A stretch of DNA of 64,000 nt from Octopus vulgaris. Lineage: Eukaryota. Shown here piece after piece: positions 1 to 13,680 of the stretch. The DNA lies in NCBI GenBank assembly GCA_951406725.2, contig OX597827.1, positions 80,848,001 to 80,912,000 on the forward strand. Reading direction: 5' to 3'. A model generated the notes under the pieces. That model worked only from the letters and a program-made list of their open reading frames with translations, had not been told where the DNA came from and searched no databases. The position numbers were made by a program, and so were the translations under genes. Each line of letters opens with the position of its first letter. Within the stretch, counting starts at the first letter, position 1.

Positions 1-1
1 T

Positions 2-385
2 AATAAAACCTCAACAAAACTGAACTCTGCTCATCTCCCGTCGGACAATACCGTCGATGCCACCATGCTGATTATCATTGTAGTCGCAGCTGTGATAGTA
101 TCTATAGTTGTGGTGGTATCTGTTACATTGTGTATTGTGAGATGCAACAATGGCCAAAGTAACCAGGCCAGACCCGGAGTGAGCACAGCCATCCCTTGTA
201 ACCGCGAAAAAAGCCACTATACAACACAGACGAAAAAAACCATTCCTGCACCTCGGCATTCGGTGGAGATGCGCAACAGGAATATTCTGTTGATGGAATC
301 CAACAATGAGTTTTATCCACAGTATGAGTCGCAAAATGACTGGATAATACCTTCCACAGAAAGGAAGTCTCCTTCAACATTATTG
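2..385 (+). CDS. 3' part of a large coding exon of a probable (octopus-type) protocadherin: juxtamembrane region, TM helix, proximal cytoplasmic tail; starts upstream of the window
   Basis: The frame is open from base 2: NKTSTKLNSAHLPSDNTVDATMLIIIVVAAVIVSIVVVVSVTLCIVRCNN...ERKSPSTLL. The NKTS..LN...LIIIV.AV....V...CI.RCN pattern matches what I recall of cephalopod protocadherin C-terminal halves. It ends at a phase-0 GTAAGT donor. No cadherin repeat lies inside the window, so the family call rests on this pattern only. Confidence 0.72.
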
Positions 386-391
386 GTAAGT
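386..391 (+). other. 5' splice donor site
   Basis: TTG|GTAAGT, a perfect donor consensus directly after codon TTG (383-385); an in-frame stop follows at 392-394. Confidence 0.75.
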
Positions 392-1248
392 TAAATTCTT
401 AATGAAAATATCTTTTATTCTTTGATGCTTCCTTCCTTGGTTCAGGGATGAAGCAAAAACTGGTAAAAACGAACAAAAACACTTCGGAATTTTTTTCCTG
501 GATTTTATGTTAACCTTCTTTATCACTAAACAGGTAGAGTTGTGTGTCTTGTTGAAGGACTGAAGGTAAATGCAACCAGGAGATTGGACAGCTGGGAAGT
601 GAACTCGCGTATTGACCCTTAGCTTTACTGAGTAGGAAACGAAGGTGGTGGGGGAAGACAACGGTTGGGATCTGTCCGGCTGTCTGTATGTTTATCGAGA
701 GAGAGAGGGGGAGGGGGTGGAGGGAGATAAACAGAGAGGGAGAAATGAAAATATAAGAGAACGATATCAGAGAAATGAGTAAAGAGGAGGAGAGACAGAG
801 GGGGAGTGAAAAAGCAATATGGTGGATAGAGGAAGAGAGGTGGAGGAGGAGCAATATAAGAAAATAAAAGAGAAAAGATAAAGGGGAGAGAGAGAGGAAG
901 AGAGAGAAAGAAAGAACCAAAGAAATAATGGAAGAGTGGAGAGGATGAGAGATGACAATAATGAAAGGGAGACATCTGAGCGATTCAATTGCAATGTTGA
1001 TATAAATTTGAGAGTAGAGGACATTGAACGGACGTTTCCTTTTGTATCAGCTGTCACTGTTAGGTCACTCAAATTACTAGAAATAGAAGTAAACTCCTCT
1101 TCAAATAAGGTTCTACTGACTTATGAAGAAAAGGCATGAAATCTTATTTGAAAAAATAAATGGAAAGAAACAGGCTGGTCATGGGTGGTCATGGGTGGAT
1201 CATGTCTTACGAAAGGTCTGTCAGATGTGAGTGCAATGTCAAAATATA

Positions 1249-1477
1249 CCTATTTCTTTATTACCCACAAGGGGCTAAACACAGAGGGGACAAACAAGGA
1301 CAGACATAGGTATTAAGTAGATTACATCGACCCCAGTGCGTAACTGGTACTTAATTTATCGACCCCGAAAGGATGAAAGGCAAAGTCGACCTCGGCGGAA
1401 TTTGAACTCACAACGTAACCCAGACGAAATACCGCTAAGCATTTCGCCCGGCATGCTAACGTTTCTGCCAGCTCGCC
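1249..1477 (-). mobile_element. tRNA-derived SINE, family A (core CCTTTCATCCTTTCGGGGTCGATAAA; tail ending AAGAAATAGG)
   Basis: The minus strand has an A-box-like TGGCAGAAACGTT and a B-box GTTCAAATTCC. Near-identical copies lie at 22868, 38130 and 63105. The core resembles the Meta-domain type SINE core (inference). Confidence 0.85.
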
Positions 1478-1594
1478 GATGAGGTAGACAACGGCAAGCA
1501 ACGTTTAAGTCAGACCAACAACGAGAAGGGAAACATAAAACGATTGTTTTGAAATGGGACGACACAACAGAATCTCAGTTAGAATTATATATAA

Positions 1595-1973
1595 CTAGCA
1601 GTATCGACCAGCGTTGCTCGGGTTTGTAAGGGAAATAACTATATAAGCATTTTTAGAGAGTTATAGCCAAAAAATAGCAAAAAAATGATGGTAAATTTTT
1701 TTTTAAATCGTTGACTCATCGTAGACATTTTTAGAGAGTTACTTCCCTTATATAATAGCGAAAAAATGCATTAAAATGGAAAAAAATTATGGTAAATTTT
1801 TTTTTGAATCGTAGACTCATCGTAGACGCGCGCTAATACCCAGAAGGGCTCTATATGAATCACGACTATAAGATACCCGGTTTTGGTTAAACTGCACCGC
1901 AAAATGTGGGAGTAGTTAGGAATCTAAATCGTAGGAGACAGACAGCACACAACCTCTCTTTTATATATAAAGA
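1595..1973 (-). mobile_element. Non-autonomous Helitron-like element
   Basis: The minus strand starts TC(TTTATATATAAAA) and ends CTAG, inserted between A and T with no TSD. It has a subterminal GC-rich hairpin remnant and an internal duplicated subunit. A second copy lies at 17214-17508. Confidence 0.8.
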
Positions 1974-4589
1974 TGTAATGATGGTGGTGCTAGTGTTGGC
2001 GATGGCGGTAGTGGTGGTGGTGGTGGTGAGCTTGAGCTCAGGGTTGGCAGACGAAGGGGAATAACTCTGGATATGTTTTGTTAAAGACGTCGTAAGATGA
2101 CAAACGGCGAGGAATCATTTATGAGAGGAGTCTGGGAGTGTCTCGTCTCTTGGTAAATTTTAGTCGAGCACCGAAGTTTACCAAAGTCTAAGGACCAACA
2201 CAAACGCCACGAAATGTCATCTTTTATTTGCCATGACGAAAGGGTTTGGTCTTTTTTTTTTTAATGTTCAATTCCGTAGTGAGAGGGATCACCTACAGTC
2301 CCCTTTTTTAGGACCCCACCGAGACTGGTGGAGGGAAAGGGGAGGGGTAGGTGATCGAAGCAGAGTGGACTTAGGTTTAAGGTATCCAGGGACTAGGAAT
2401 GGACAGGGTGACTGGTTAATTTTATTGCTTAAGAACAGATATTGCCCCAGGGGTGACTTTCCACTGAGGCCCTCACGCAAGGCTTTGGTTGATCTGATGC
2501 TATGGTTGAGATCAGCTCAAAGTGTCACAGTGTAGGATTGAACCCAAAACCATATCGCTGTGAAAAAAAAACTTCTTAATTACACAGCCAAGCCTGTAAA
2601 TATCTTTGTAAAGCAGAACATCTGTATAGAGTTACTGCTGCTGCTGTTTAGCCATAGGTCAGTGCCCTTGGCCAGAATATTCCATCTGTGACCATTCCGT
2701 CTTTTCATTTGCGAAGGACTGTACTCTTCCTTGAAGACTGAATATAGAGATACATCTTGGCGGTGGTTGTCATCGTTGTCTAGCCCCAGTCCCACCCTAA
2801 TCCACCAGAACTAAACCCAAAGACTTCTTAGCATAACCATCACTTTATATTTTCAAACACATATCTATCTAGGCCCACCTGGTCCAATATCCCCTTTTTC
2901 AGTTGTTAAATTGGGATCTGAGGGAAATTTAGCTACTCTATCCAAAAGATGACGCAACAACTTACAATCTTATGACTTTCTGAAAAACACACGTTTTTAA
3001 ATGAAATTTTGCAGAGATAAATGCAAATACAGAAATGAAAAATCTCAAATCTCTTTAATTTAATTATATTTTAGGGTAATATATAATTTTCTTTTGGAAA
3101 TTCGTTCTACTTTCGTCATTTTGTATAAGCAATTACAGTTATTGTATGTACATGTATTGTATGTTGTAGGATAACTTATAAACAATAATCCATGGTGTAC
3201 ATTATGATATCAACAGTTCAGTTGGTATTAATTCAGTTTTCTATTGAAACATTATTATTTAAACAAGTAAAGCAATTCTATATTGACAAATCTCAATACA
3301 AAGGACTGAAGTTAGAAAATATTGGCTACAAATTATTTGCTTGTTTTAGTGTCACGTCTGGTTTCAGGTTTTCTCATCATTATTTTTGTGTCAGTGCTGG
3401 TAGTTGTGTAGTAGTACCTAGTGGTATTCTGCACTAGTGTAATGTACTAGTGTTGTTATTTATAATGAAGTTGGTGATTTCAGTCAGTGATGTCTATATA
3501 TCAATTAACAAATCATGATATTTAATTATTAAAAATAGGTATGTAATGAACACACCTGTGTTTTTTCCTAATACAAAATATTTAGAATATAGAATACATA
3601 CATACATACATGCATGCATGTATGCATGCATCCAAACATACATACATACACACATACATACATACATGATACATATATACACGCACGCACGCACTCACTC
3701 ACTCACATATATATATACATAGGTGTGTGTATATGTGTTTATTAGGGACACAGTAATGTATATATGCATCTGCTTTTCACAGCTGACCGACCGAACTCCA
3801 AGATCTGAAATATACTCTATGAAGGCGGCTTGACCAAAGGATATATATATATAAATGGTAGGTTTATACACAATAACTATATATATACATATATACACAT
3901 ACACCAACTAGAGTGGAATGGTTGTACAATTGCTTAATCTGCTAGAAATACTAGTCATCCTCCTTTAAGCACTTAATGACTTGAGAATGAAGGACATAAT
4001 GGTAGGGAGAGTGTTTGAATAAAAGAACCCAATAAGTTCTGTAACAGGACCGTCATGGCTGGAACGTCTTTAACCATAGGTTTATTCTATCCAAAGCGTA
4101 ACAGTAACTATAATAATTTAATATTTAAAGTAATTTGCAGCTGTCAAGGGAGATAATTTTTAGACGAGTTACCTACCTTGAATATACTGCGGCGATATTT
4201 TTAAATAAGGGATTTTATCAGTTTGTGACAATAACATAAAGTAATTTCGTTTTAGGACGATTCGTTCGTTAATTTGAAGTAATTAATTTCCAATTAACAT
4301 TAGAATAGAAAGAAGACATTGCAAGTGATTAATATCAAGTGTCTGAATCAAAATGTGTGGACGGTTCCGCTTGCTTAACACCGACACATTTTGATCATCT
4401 CAATGAAAGATAATGTGTGGGGGATTACCTTACTAGATTATAGGATTATAAGGGGGACTGCGAGCAAGACACACACTCACACGTGTGTGAGTATATACCA
4501 CAACGACCACCATCAACACCACCACCCACTCCCCGTCCTCTCCTTTTACCCCATCTACCCCTCCTCTTCTCCCTCTTCCTCCTCATTTT

Positions 4590-5250
4590 TACGTCCATTT
4601 TTCCATGCTTGCATTGGCCGGATGAGTCTTTTCCAACACAACATTCTTGCATTTCTTTGTCATCTCTTTCGTGCTGTTCTACTTCCTGGGATCAACCTTC
4701 ACTACTTCTGCCCATCTCTTCCTTGGTCAGCTTTCCTCTTCATCTTCTGACGGTTTCCTTTCAAAGGAATCTCTAACTATCTCTCCATCCCCTTCTCACC
4801 ATTTATACGCATTACACATCCATACAAGTGTAACTCTTATTCTTGAAATACAACAACTGATCCCTCTTGGACCCAGTTTTTTCTCCTCATCTATGCCTTG
4901 TCATTCAGTGGAGCATGGATACCTCACCCCCCCCCCCAACATATATTCATCCTCTGCATCCAATGTCCATGCAGCATCACAGTTTGTCCACATGTCTCAT
5001 ACAATTTGTCTTTTGCTAAGAGAGAGAATCTTCTTGCAGTTAGCAGAGATAATAGCTCTGTGAATGTTCCTACCCCATTCTTATTCCAGCCATGACCATC
5101 CTCCCCCACTATTGATCAAATACTTTAGATAACAGACGCCATCAATTACTTCCGTAGACTCCTTCAGTATTACCACAAATGTATTTTATTGAACCACAAC
5201 TGACCACACTTACGCCTCGGCCACAAAATCTTTATTTACTGTCAGTCTGC
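4590..5250 (-). mobile_element. Degenerate 3' portion of an RTE-type LINE
   Basis: Minus-strand fragments such as FTELLSLLTARRFSLLAKDKLYETC match the better-preserved copy at 52320 (FRKLLPLLVTKGLSLRVKCRLYDAC). It shares the tail CGTCCATTTTTCCATGC. Confidence 0.6.
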
Positions 5251-5360
5251 TTACTCTGGCCCTCTTGGGTTACCATAGAGCACAATGGGTAGATTATTTG
5301 CCATTTCTATCTTACTCTTTTTCTCTATATTGTTTATTGGCCATTTTCTTGTTGTATGCA

Positions 5361-5410
<50 letters not shown>

Positions 5411-5416
<6 letters not shown>

Positions 5417-5626
5417 CAAAATGGGACAAGAACGCAAAACATCCAGATAGACGATACGAAAAAACAAGGACAGGTCATTCAAAGCCTTTAATCTTCAGTC
5501 AAGAACCGGATCATCCTCGCAATTTCGGCTGGTTCTGGACTGAAGATTAAAGGCTTCGAATGACCTGTCCTTGTTTTTTGTATCATCTATCTGGATGTTT
5601 TGTGTTCTTGTCCCATTTTGTATTTT
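5411..5626. repeat. Foldback (long inverted repeat) element inside (TA)n; Penelope-like terminus
   Basis: Arms of about 95 bp (5411-5507 and 5531-5626) with a few mismatches and a 23-bp loop. A single arm of the same family occurs at about 34195-34310. Confidence 0.85.
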
Positions 5627-5686
5627 TTATATATACATATATATATACAGCAGCATACATACACTTTATTCTCTTTCTCTCTCTCT

Positions 5687-5736
<50 letters not shown>

Positions 5737-7066
5737 GCACATATATGTGTATATATATATATATGAATGTATGCATTATATGTACACACACATTATGTGT
5801 GTGTGAGTATGTATGGTCATGTGGTTAGGAATCTGCCTTTGTAATAACATATTTCAGGGTTCATTCCCAATGTGTGGCTCTGTGGAGAGAATTCTGGTTC
5901 TTTGGCCCCAGACCAGCCAATTATCCTTTACAGTAGAATTTAGTAGAGAGAAAGAGTTTGAAGTCCATTCTCTTCCAATCCTTCCTTCTCTTACTGTTCG
6001 ATTCTCTTCCTTCTTTTATTCCCAGTAGTTCTTCATTCCTCTCTTTTATCGTATTACCATTGTCCCCAAATGGTGGTGGAAGAGGAGGGGTGGGTTCCCA
6101 TTTGTCAAATTTTGGAATTAAAGATGCAACAGGTTTCCTCATTCTTCATGGTGCTGGAGCTAATATTGTTGTGGACCATTCTCCTCCTCCTCCTCTTCCT
6201 CTTCTCTTGTCCCCACTGACCAATGATTGTGGACATTTGGTCTTCACCTTCTTGGTCTTGCTGCTACAAAACTAACAGCTGACCCCAACTCTTCTTTGCA
6301 CCATCAGTCTCAGCCTCTTACTTCCTGGGTCCATCATGTGACAGATCTCAGCAATGGTTCTGTGGTCTTCACATAATGAATGACTTAAAAATCATTACTG
6401 CTCCCCCCACCCCAGACCCTGTGTTCTTTTTCATGATCTCCATAGTAACCACCCTTCAACATTGCTCCCTAAAAACATAAACAAACTAGAGCTGAATGTC
6501 CCTTGCTGCCAGCTTTGCATTGTGTGGGTTCATAGATTGGGGTCACAGTCAATGTTTGGTGATTTCTGTTTTCCATTCTGTCTTTGCTTTATTCTTGAAG
6601 GGCCAAATGATGGCCCCATTTCATTTGCTTCAGACAATGAATGCAATGATGCCCAACACATCATCCAGGGGCTTCTCTCAAGCACCTCTTTGAGGGTACA
6701 TGCCAATTCTCTCCCAGTTTGCTCCTACATAAAATTCCTCAGGCAAGAAAACAGGGGCAGTTTATTAGGGCAGAGTCTTAGTTTGGACCCTACACAAATT
6801 CAGCCAAAACGATTCCTTCTCACTCATGTTGCTGCACAAAGTTTGAGATTGTGATGTGAGTGCTTCTGTTGTTGTTGTTATTGCTATCGTTACTGAAGTT
6901 GTTGTTATTGTTGTTGCTGTTGTTACTGTTGTTGCTGCTGCTGTCTTTTACTATCAAGCCTGGCATTAAAGTCTTTTATGTTTCAAAAGTCCTGAAGTTT
7001 TCATTCTTCAAAATCTCTTCATACCAAAGTAAAATATTTGTGTTTTATAATATTTATTGTTTGATC

Positions 7067-7148
7067 TTTGTAGAAATATTGATGTTGTTGTTTTTGTAGA
7101 AATATTGATGTTGTTGTTTTTGTAGAAATATTGATGTTGTTGTTTTTG
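7067..7148. repeat. 26-bp tandem repeat, 3 copies
   Basis: TTTGTAGAAATATTGATGTTGTTGTT repeated; GTAGAAA starts at 7070, 7096 and 7122. Confidence 0.9.
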
Positions 7149-8007
7149 CCACTGGATTCTTAAAAACAATGACAGAATTGAACAACCAGTCTAACCAACA
7201 AAGTTCTCTTCTGTTATCTTTTTGTGGCCCCAGCTACTTTTTAAACTGGTTCTCCATTGGTTATGATGACGAGGCTTCCAGTTGATCCGATCAATAGAAT
7301 GGTCTAAATCCTTAAATCCTGAAAAATGTTCTAGCCCGAAGGCTGCGGCCACGCTGGGGCACCACCGCTGATCATAACATTAACATGAAATTGGCTGAGT
7401 ACACCAGAGACATATATACCCATGCTAAAGTTCTCAGGGAGGTTCGATGAAACATTGCATGTGACAAGGTGTGTGTGTGTGTGGGGGGGTGCTCTTTTGA
7501 ATTGCAGGAAGAACTCCTTTTTGCCAGCTGAGTGGACTGGAGCAATGAGAGATAGAGTGTTTTACTCAAAGACACAATGCACTGCCGAGGCTTGAACTCA
7601 CAACGTTATGATTGTAAGCCAAATACCCTAACCACTAAGCCACAATCCTCCACTCAAACATTTCCCACACAAAACACAAGTTTTCAGGGTTTAAAACCAG
7701 TTTGTGAATTCTAATTTGTGGATATCACAATAACCTGTCTCGACAGACAAGAATAATAGATTTTGATTCAGGTCTGGAACCAATAAACTGAGTGGCGGGG
7801 GGGGGGGGTAGTCAATACTTTTGAGCCCATTATATGACTGGTATTTGTTTTATTCACCCTAAAAAGATGAAAAGCTAAGTTAATCTCACTGGGATTTGAA
7901 CTCAAAGAATAAAAACGTGGAATTCTGAATGACATTCTGTCAGAGACTCTAAGGATTTTGCCATCTTGTCATCCTCATAATAATAACAAAAGTAATAATA
8001 AATAATG

Positions 8008-8054
<47 letters not shown>

Positions 8055-8231
8055 TTTTTCTACTAAAGGCACAAAGCTTGAAATTTGTGAAGAGGAGACT
8101 AGTCAATTACATCAACCCCAGTGTTTTACTGGTACTTAATTTATTGACCCCAAAAGGATGAAAGGCAAAGTTGCCGTTGGTGGAATTTGAACTGACAACA
8201 TAGCAACAGGTGCAAAAATAAAATAGCTATG

Positions 8232-8269
<38 letters not shown>

Positions 8270-8470
8270 CCTTTCTATTATGAGCAGAAAAATTTGGAGG
8301 GAGGGCAGTAGTTGATTATATTGACCCCAGTGCTTGACTGGTACTTATTTTATCGACTCCTAAAGAATGAAAGGCAAAGTTGATGCCAGTGGAATTTGAA
8401 TTTAGAATATAAAGATGGACAAAATGCTTCGTGACATTTTGTCCAGCATGTTAATGGCTCGGCCAGCTTG
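8055..8470 (-). mobile_element. Two partial family-A SINE copies with the alternative (TAT)n-ending tail
   Basis: Both carry the family-A core (GACCCC...GGATGAAAGGCAAAG...GGAATTTGAA) and each is preceded by an (AAT)n tract. Confidence 0.75.
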
Positions 8471-8474
8471 CTGA

Positions 8475-10033
8475 GGGTTTCTTTATTAGCTTCCAGGTGT
8501 CAGGCAAAAGCAAGGTCATTGCAAGTTACAAAAAACCAGAGGTGGGGGTTGGATGTAAGCAAATTGTAAACAAAGACAAGCATATGAATGATAAAATTTC
8601 AATCATAGGAAATTCCCCAATTTTGGCGGTGGGGGAAACTTTGAAGGTTTCTCATGGAAACCTCACAAGAATAGGGTCACTCCAATTACAAAGGCAAGCA
8701 CCATGTCCGAGCTATATTCTTTCAATTCAAACAACACACGCTCGGAACAAGCCCAATCACTCATAAACCATTCTTGGTACCATCATCCATCTTCCAACGA
8801 ATTTGCTGGAAAGTAACACTTTTCTCTTTGTCCTCACTTTTTCTTATCAAGTGAAACTTGAAAAAGTTGATGACAGCTTGAAGAGGGGAAAATATTCCAT
8901 TTTGAGCCCTTTCAATCTGGTCCACTACACAACCGCTTTTGCCGTGGTCATCAGACAGATAAAAGCTGTTGACACTTCTTGGCCAAAGAAAGGCAGTGGG
9001 GTGCTCTTTACAGTGGATTCCCTGATAGGCTGATCCATCCTACATGGGGCAGGGCCCACTTAACATAACTGTACAAGTCAGCAATACTCAGGCAGAAGAC
9101 CATTGTCACTGGGTTTGCAACTCGGACAGGCTCAGCTGATGTCACTGTCCCATGCCTGGACAGTTTACCAGGAAGCACCAATACCTCTCAGTAGCGTTGC
9201 TAGGCCAGAAATTTCTGGAAATTACCCATAGTTCCCAGCTTGAATGTCCTCCTTTATGGGATTAATTTTGGTCCCTTTTACCAGTTCTCGTGTCCAACAC
9301 TATGATGGTGATGTCATGCGTGTCTGCTGATACAAATCTTCTGCATCTTAGTTCATTTGGGATGCCCCTCAAAGTCTCTAGTCTCCGCAGTAGTGGCTCT
9401 AGAGTTAGCACATAGAGAAGAGATGAGATGGGGAGGACATTGATGGGCTGAGAGCATGATACTAAATGGTCTCGATAGGTGGCTATTAATTCTGACCACT
9501 GAATAGATGTTGCTTTACATTGCTGTGATTCAACCCCTGAAGACGGGACCAACACTGGTTGTTGGGTGGACAGCCACCAAGTATTGCTGGTTGGCCCTTT
9601 TGAAGGTTTTTGATTGATTTAAGTTGATCAGATCCCCACCCATGTCATATTCCTTGTCCATCCTCTCTATCATGTTTCACATGAGGTGGGTGTTGACATA
9701 GATAGATCTGTTGTGGATAGCACAGTTCTGTGTATCACTGACCAGACTACCAACAACAAGCACCAAACTCTTTGCTAACAACTTAGTCAAAATCTTGAAG
9801 TCTCCATTTAATAGGATGATGGACCAAAAATTATCAATGGGGTCCACCTTGCTCAGGTCTTTCCTCCACAGCTCTACCACTCCTCAGCTCATAGAAATAG
9901 AAATTCTTTCATTCTCTTACAAGTTAATACAGTTCTATAGTTAAGAGATGAGGAATTATGCCCACGGGCATATGGCATAGTGATTAAGAGCGCTTAATTA
10001 GTGATTCCGAGTTCGATTCCAGGCACTGACCTG

Positions 10034-10077
<44 letters not shown>

Positions 10078-10860
10078 AAACAACATCATCATCATCATCA
10101 AAAAATACCTTAGGAATGAGAACCCAGGTTTGAAATTTCCCCAAGACACCTGATGAAGGCTGGAGGGTATATCAACCGAAACTGTGTGTTGATAACAAAC
10201 AAGATGAGGACAAATATCCATCAAAATCTGGTTTCACTGATGGCCACCACATCTACATCTAGGGACCTGAAGTCATCGAGTGGGTTGCCTTGTTTCCAAA
10301 GAAACCTCAGGCCACATTCATTTATACTGTTTATTTTGAATAAGGCCATGATGGGTAGAAAAGGAGGAAAGTGTAAAGAACCACCCACCTAATTCCCATG
10401 GAAGAACAGGTGTATTGTTCTTCCACCTAGTTATGGAAATTTCCATGAGTAGGTCTTTGCAGAACATTTTGTGAATATTCCCTCAGAAACCACCATTGAG
10501 ATATTTGGCCTTTAAAAACTTGCATATATTTTGATGCTAGTATGCTATCTGTTTGTGTTCTCAGTTCCACCTTAGGAGTAGCAACCCCCTTGATTTGTTC
10601 CTTTAGGTTTTCCTGCCAAGAATGCAATTAAATCGCTGTTACGGCCACTTATGTGGCATCTGGGCCTTCCTTTCGGCACCATTTACAGGACACAACTCTG
10701 GTATTGTTCTGTATGTCGATGGTGGCCCACCTGACCTTCTCTTCTCCATCACCAAAAATAACACTAGTATTGATCACTTGCCCATACCAGGCCATGAAAC
10801 TGACCATGAGTCAAAGGTCAACATCAACACCAATGGATCAGATGGTGACCCTTAAGTTCC
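8475..10860 (-). mobile_element. Degenerate L1/Tx1-like LINE (RT fragments), interrupted by a SINE-like insertion
   Basis: 9677-9880 reads NFWSIILLNGDFKILTKLLAKSL...TQNCAIHNRSI (L1/Tx1 N.RPI.LLN.D.KI..K motif). 9262-9555 reads LYVLTLEPLLRRL...VSADTHDITI (degenerate YADD region). Outer limits are approximate. Confidence 0.7.
9966..10225 (+). mobile_element. tRNA-headed SINE-like element carrying a hammerhead-ribozyme-like motif
   Basis: A-box-like TGGCATAGTG, B-box GTTCGATTCC (10011-10020) and an (AAC)n spacer, followed by GACAC-CTGATGA-A-GGCTG...CAACC-GAAAC-TGT-GTGTT at 10145-10190. Confidence 0.6.
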
Positions 10861-11498
10861 TCTTTCCCAAATATGGAAAATTTCTTGTATTTAAGTAAAA
10901 TATCTCTGTAGACAGAAAAATAGAGATCAGGTTTCAATATTGTTGAAAGATTTGAACCTGACAAACAATTACAGTCACCTCCCCAATGATGATGATGATG
11001 ATGATGGCGGTGTTGGTGATGGGTTGATAGTGGTGGTGGTGGTGGTGGTGGTGGTGGTGGTGACTTTTATGTTGCTTGCATTAAGTGACTCATTAGTGAA
11101 ATCACTCATCAACCCTCCTCTAACACTTTTGCGACCTCTCCCCTCATCCCACCGCCCGCTACAGCTTGTTAGAATCTTGCACCTCTCCTCCCTGCCTTCC
11201 TGCTGCACCTCACTGGACATCATTGCAATAAACTGTTGCACCATAACAACTGCACTACTGGAATCCGCATCAGTCTACCTCTGCAATTGCTCTCCGGTAA
11301 CTGATATCAATGATCAGCGTTGATGTACCTGGGTACATTTAGGGTCACACAAGTACTGTCTCGTTAGAATGTTAATTATAGAATCAGAAAACACTTTCTG
11401 CACTGATTAATGTATGCAACAGGGTGCATTAACGGCAGGTTGTTGACTTTTCTCTGATATATTGGCTGTGTGTGTGTGTGTGTACATATGCATATATG

Positions 11499-11798
<300 letters not shown>

Positions 11799-11821
11799 TG
11801 TATATATATTATATGTGTGTG

Positions 11822-11857
<36 letters not shown>

Positions 11858-11931
11858 TATATAAATACATACACACACACATTATAAATATATATACACA
11901 CATACACATGCACATATATAAATATAAATGC

Positions 11932-11963
<32 letters not shown>

Positions 11964-11968
11964 ATACA

Positions 11969-12002
<34 letters not shown>

Positions 12003-12125
12003 CACATACACAAATACATATTTGGTGATTAGTATTTGGAGTTTAAATTTGACAATATATTTATGGACGCCAAAGTTACAGACATTCCTTATAGCATATG
12101 TGTGTGTGTATATATGTATATATAT

Positions 12126-12164
<39 letters not shown>

Positions 12165-12349
12165 GGAGAGATAAAGAGAGCAAGAAAGACAGAGATAGTT
12201 AACTAATTAGAAAGATATATAAACTTCCATTGATTCACCGAGAAGTGATAAATTAGAAAGCTCACTACACAAATGTAGAGTGTGTGTTTGTATGTATGTA
12301 CATATATATTTACATATACGCATACGTGTATATATGTATACATACATAT

Positions 12350-12391
<42 letters not shown>

Positions 12392-12834
12392 GTGTGTGTG
12401 TGTGTACACACTCATATATGCTTGTATATATATATGTACATACACACTCAAATGCATTCATATGTATGAGCAGAGAGAAATGTGGATCTACATGCCCACG
12501 CATACATATAACTACGTACACACACACATAAACACACATACACACACGCGTAAATGTTGGTGGTGAGAAAACCTAAACAAGAATAATTGAAAAACGGCTG
12601 TGGCTGAAGAGAGGGAGTTCTGTGGTTCAATGTTCACCATAGTTTACGTAAACAATGAACAAACGATGAACAATGAATGACCAGCACAAGTGAACAGCCA
12701 AGGAAGACTGAATGAGAAAATGTGCAACATACACACACACACATATATATACACATATATACATATATATACATATATATACATATATATACATATATAT
12801 ACATATATATACATATATATAATATGTGTGTACT

Positions 12835-13068
12835 TTTATTCTTTTCTTTTACTTGTTCCAGTCATTTGACTGCGGCCATGCTGGAGCACCCCCTTGAAGG
12901 GTTTTAGTCAAACAAATTGACCCCTGGACTTCTTCTTTAAGCCTAGTACTTATTCTATTGCTCTCTTTTGCTGAACCTCTAAGTTATGGGGACGTAAACA
13001 CACCAGCATCAGTTGTAAAGTGGTGGTGATGGGGACAAATGCAAACACAACAACACAAACACACACAG

Positions 13069-13107
<39 letters not shown>

Positions 13108-13680
13108 GGTCTTCTTTCAGTTTACATCTACCAAATCCACAAGGCTTTGGTTGGCCCGGGGCTATAACAGAAGACACTTGCCCAAGGTGCCATGAAGTGG
13201 GACTGAACCTGGACTTGTCTGGTTGGGGAGCAAGCTTCTTACTACACAGCAATGTCTGCATTCATATACTCTTTTACTCTTTTACTTGTTTCAGTCATTT
13301 GACAGCGGCCATGCTGGAGCACCACCTTTAATCGAGCTACTCGACCCCGGGACTTATTCTTTTGTAAGCCCAGTACTTATTCTATCGGTCTCTTTTGCCA
13401 AACCGCTAAGTAACGGGGACGTAAACACATCAGCATCGGTTGTCAAGCAATGCTAGGGGGACACACACAGACATACAAACACACACATGCATATATATAT
13501 ATATATATACATATATACGATGGGCTTCTTTTAGTTTCCGTCTACCAAATCCACTCACAAGGCTTTGGTTGGCCCGAGGCTATAGTAGAAGACACTTGCC
13601 CAAGATGCCATGTAGTGGGACTGAACCCGGAACCATGTGGTTGGTAAGCAAGCTACTTACTACACAGCCACTCCTGCGCC
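12835..13680 (-). mobile_element. Two tandem tRNA-derived SINEs, family B (CORE-like ACCTTGGGCAAG; octopus OR2-like)
   Basis: The minus-strand head reads GGCGCAGGAGTGGCTGTGT.GTAAG...GGTTCAGTCCC, with an internal (CA)n/(TA)n tract and a tail GACTGAAACAAGTAAAAGAG. Related copies occur at 30830-31444, 34765-35020, 42880-43060, 48305-48500, 49160-49305 and 49965-50350. Confidence 0.8.
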
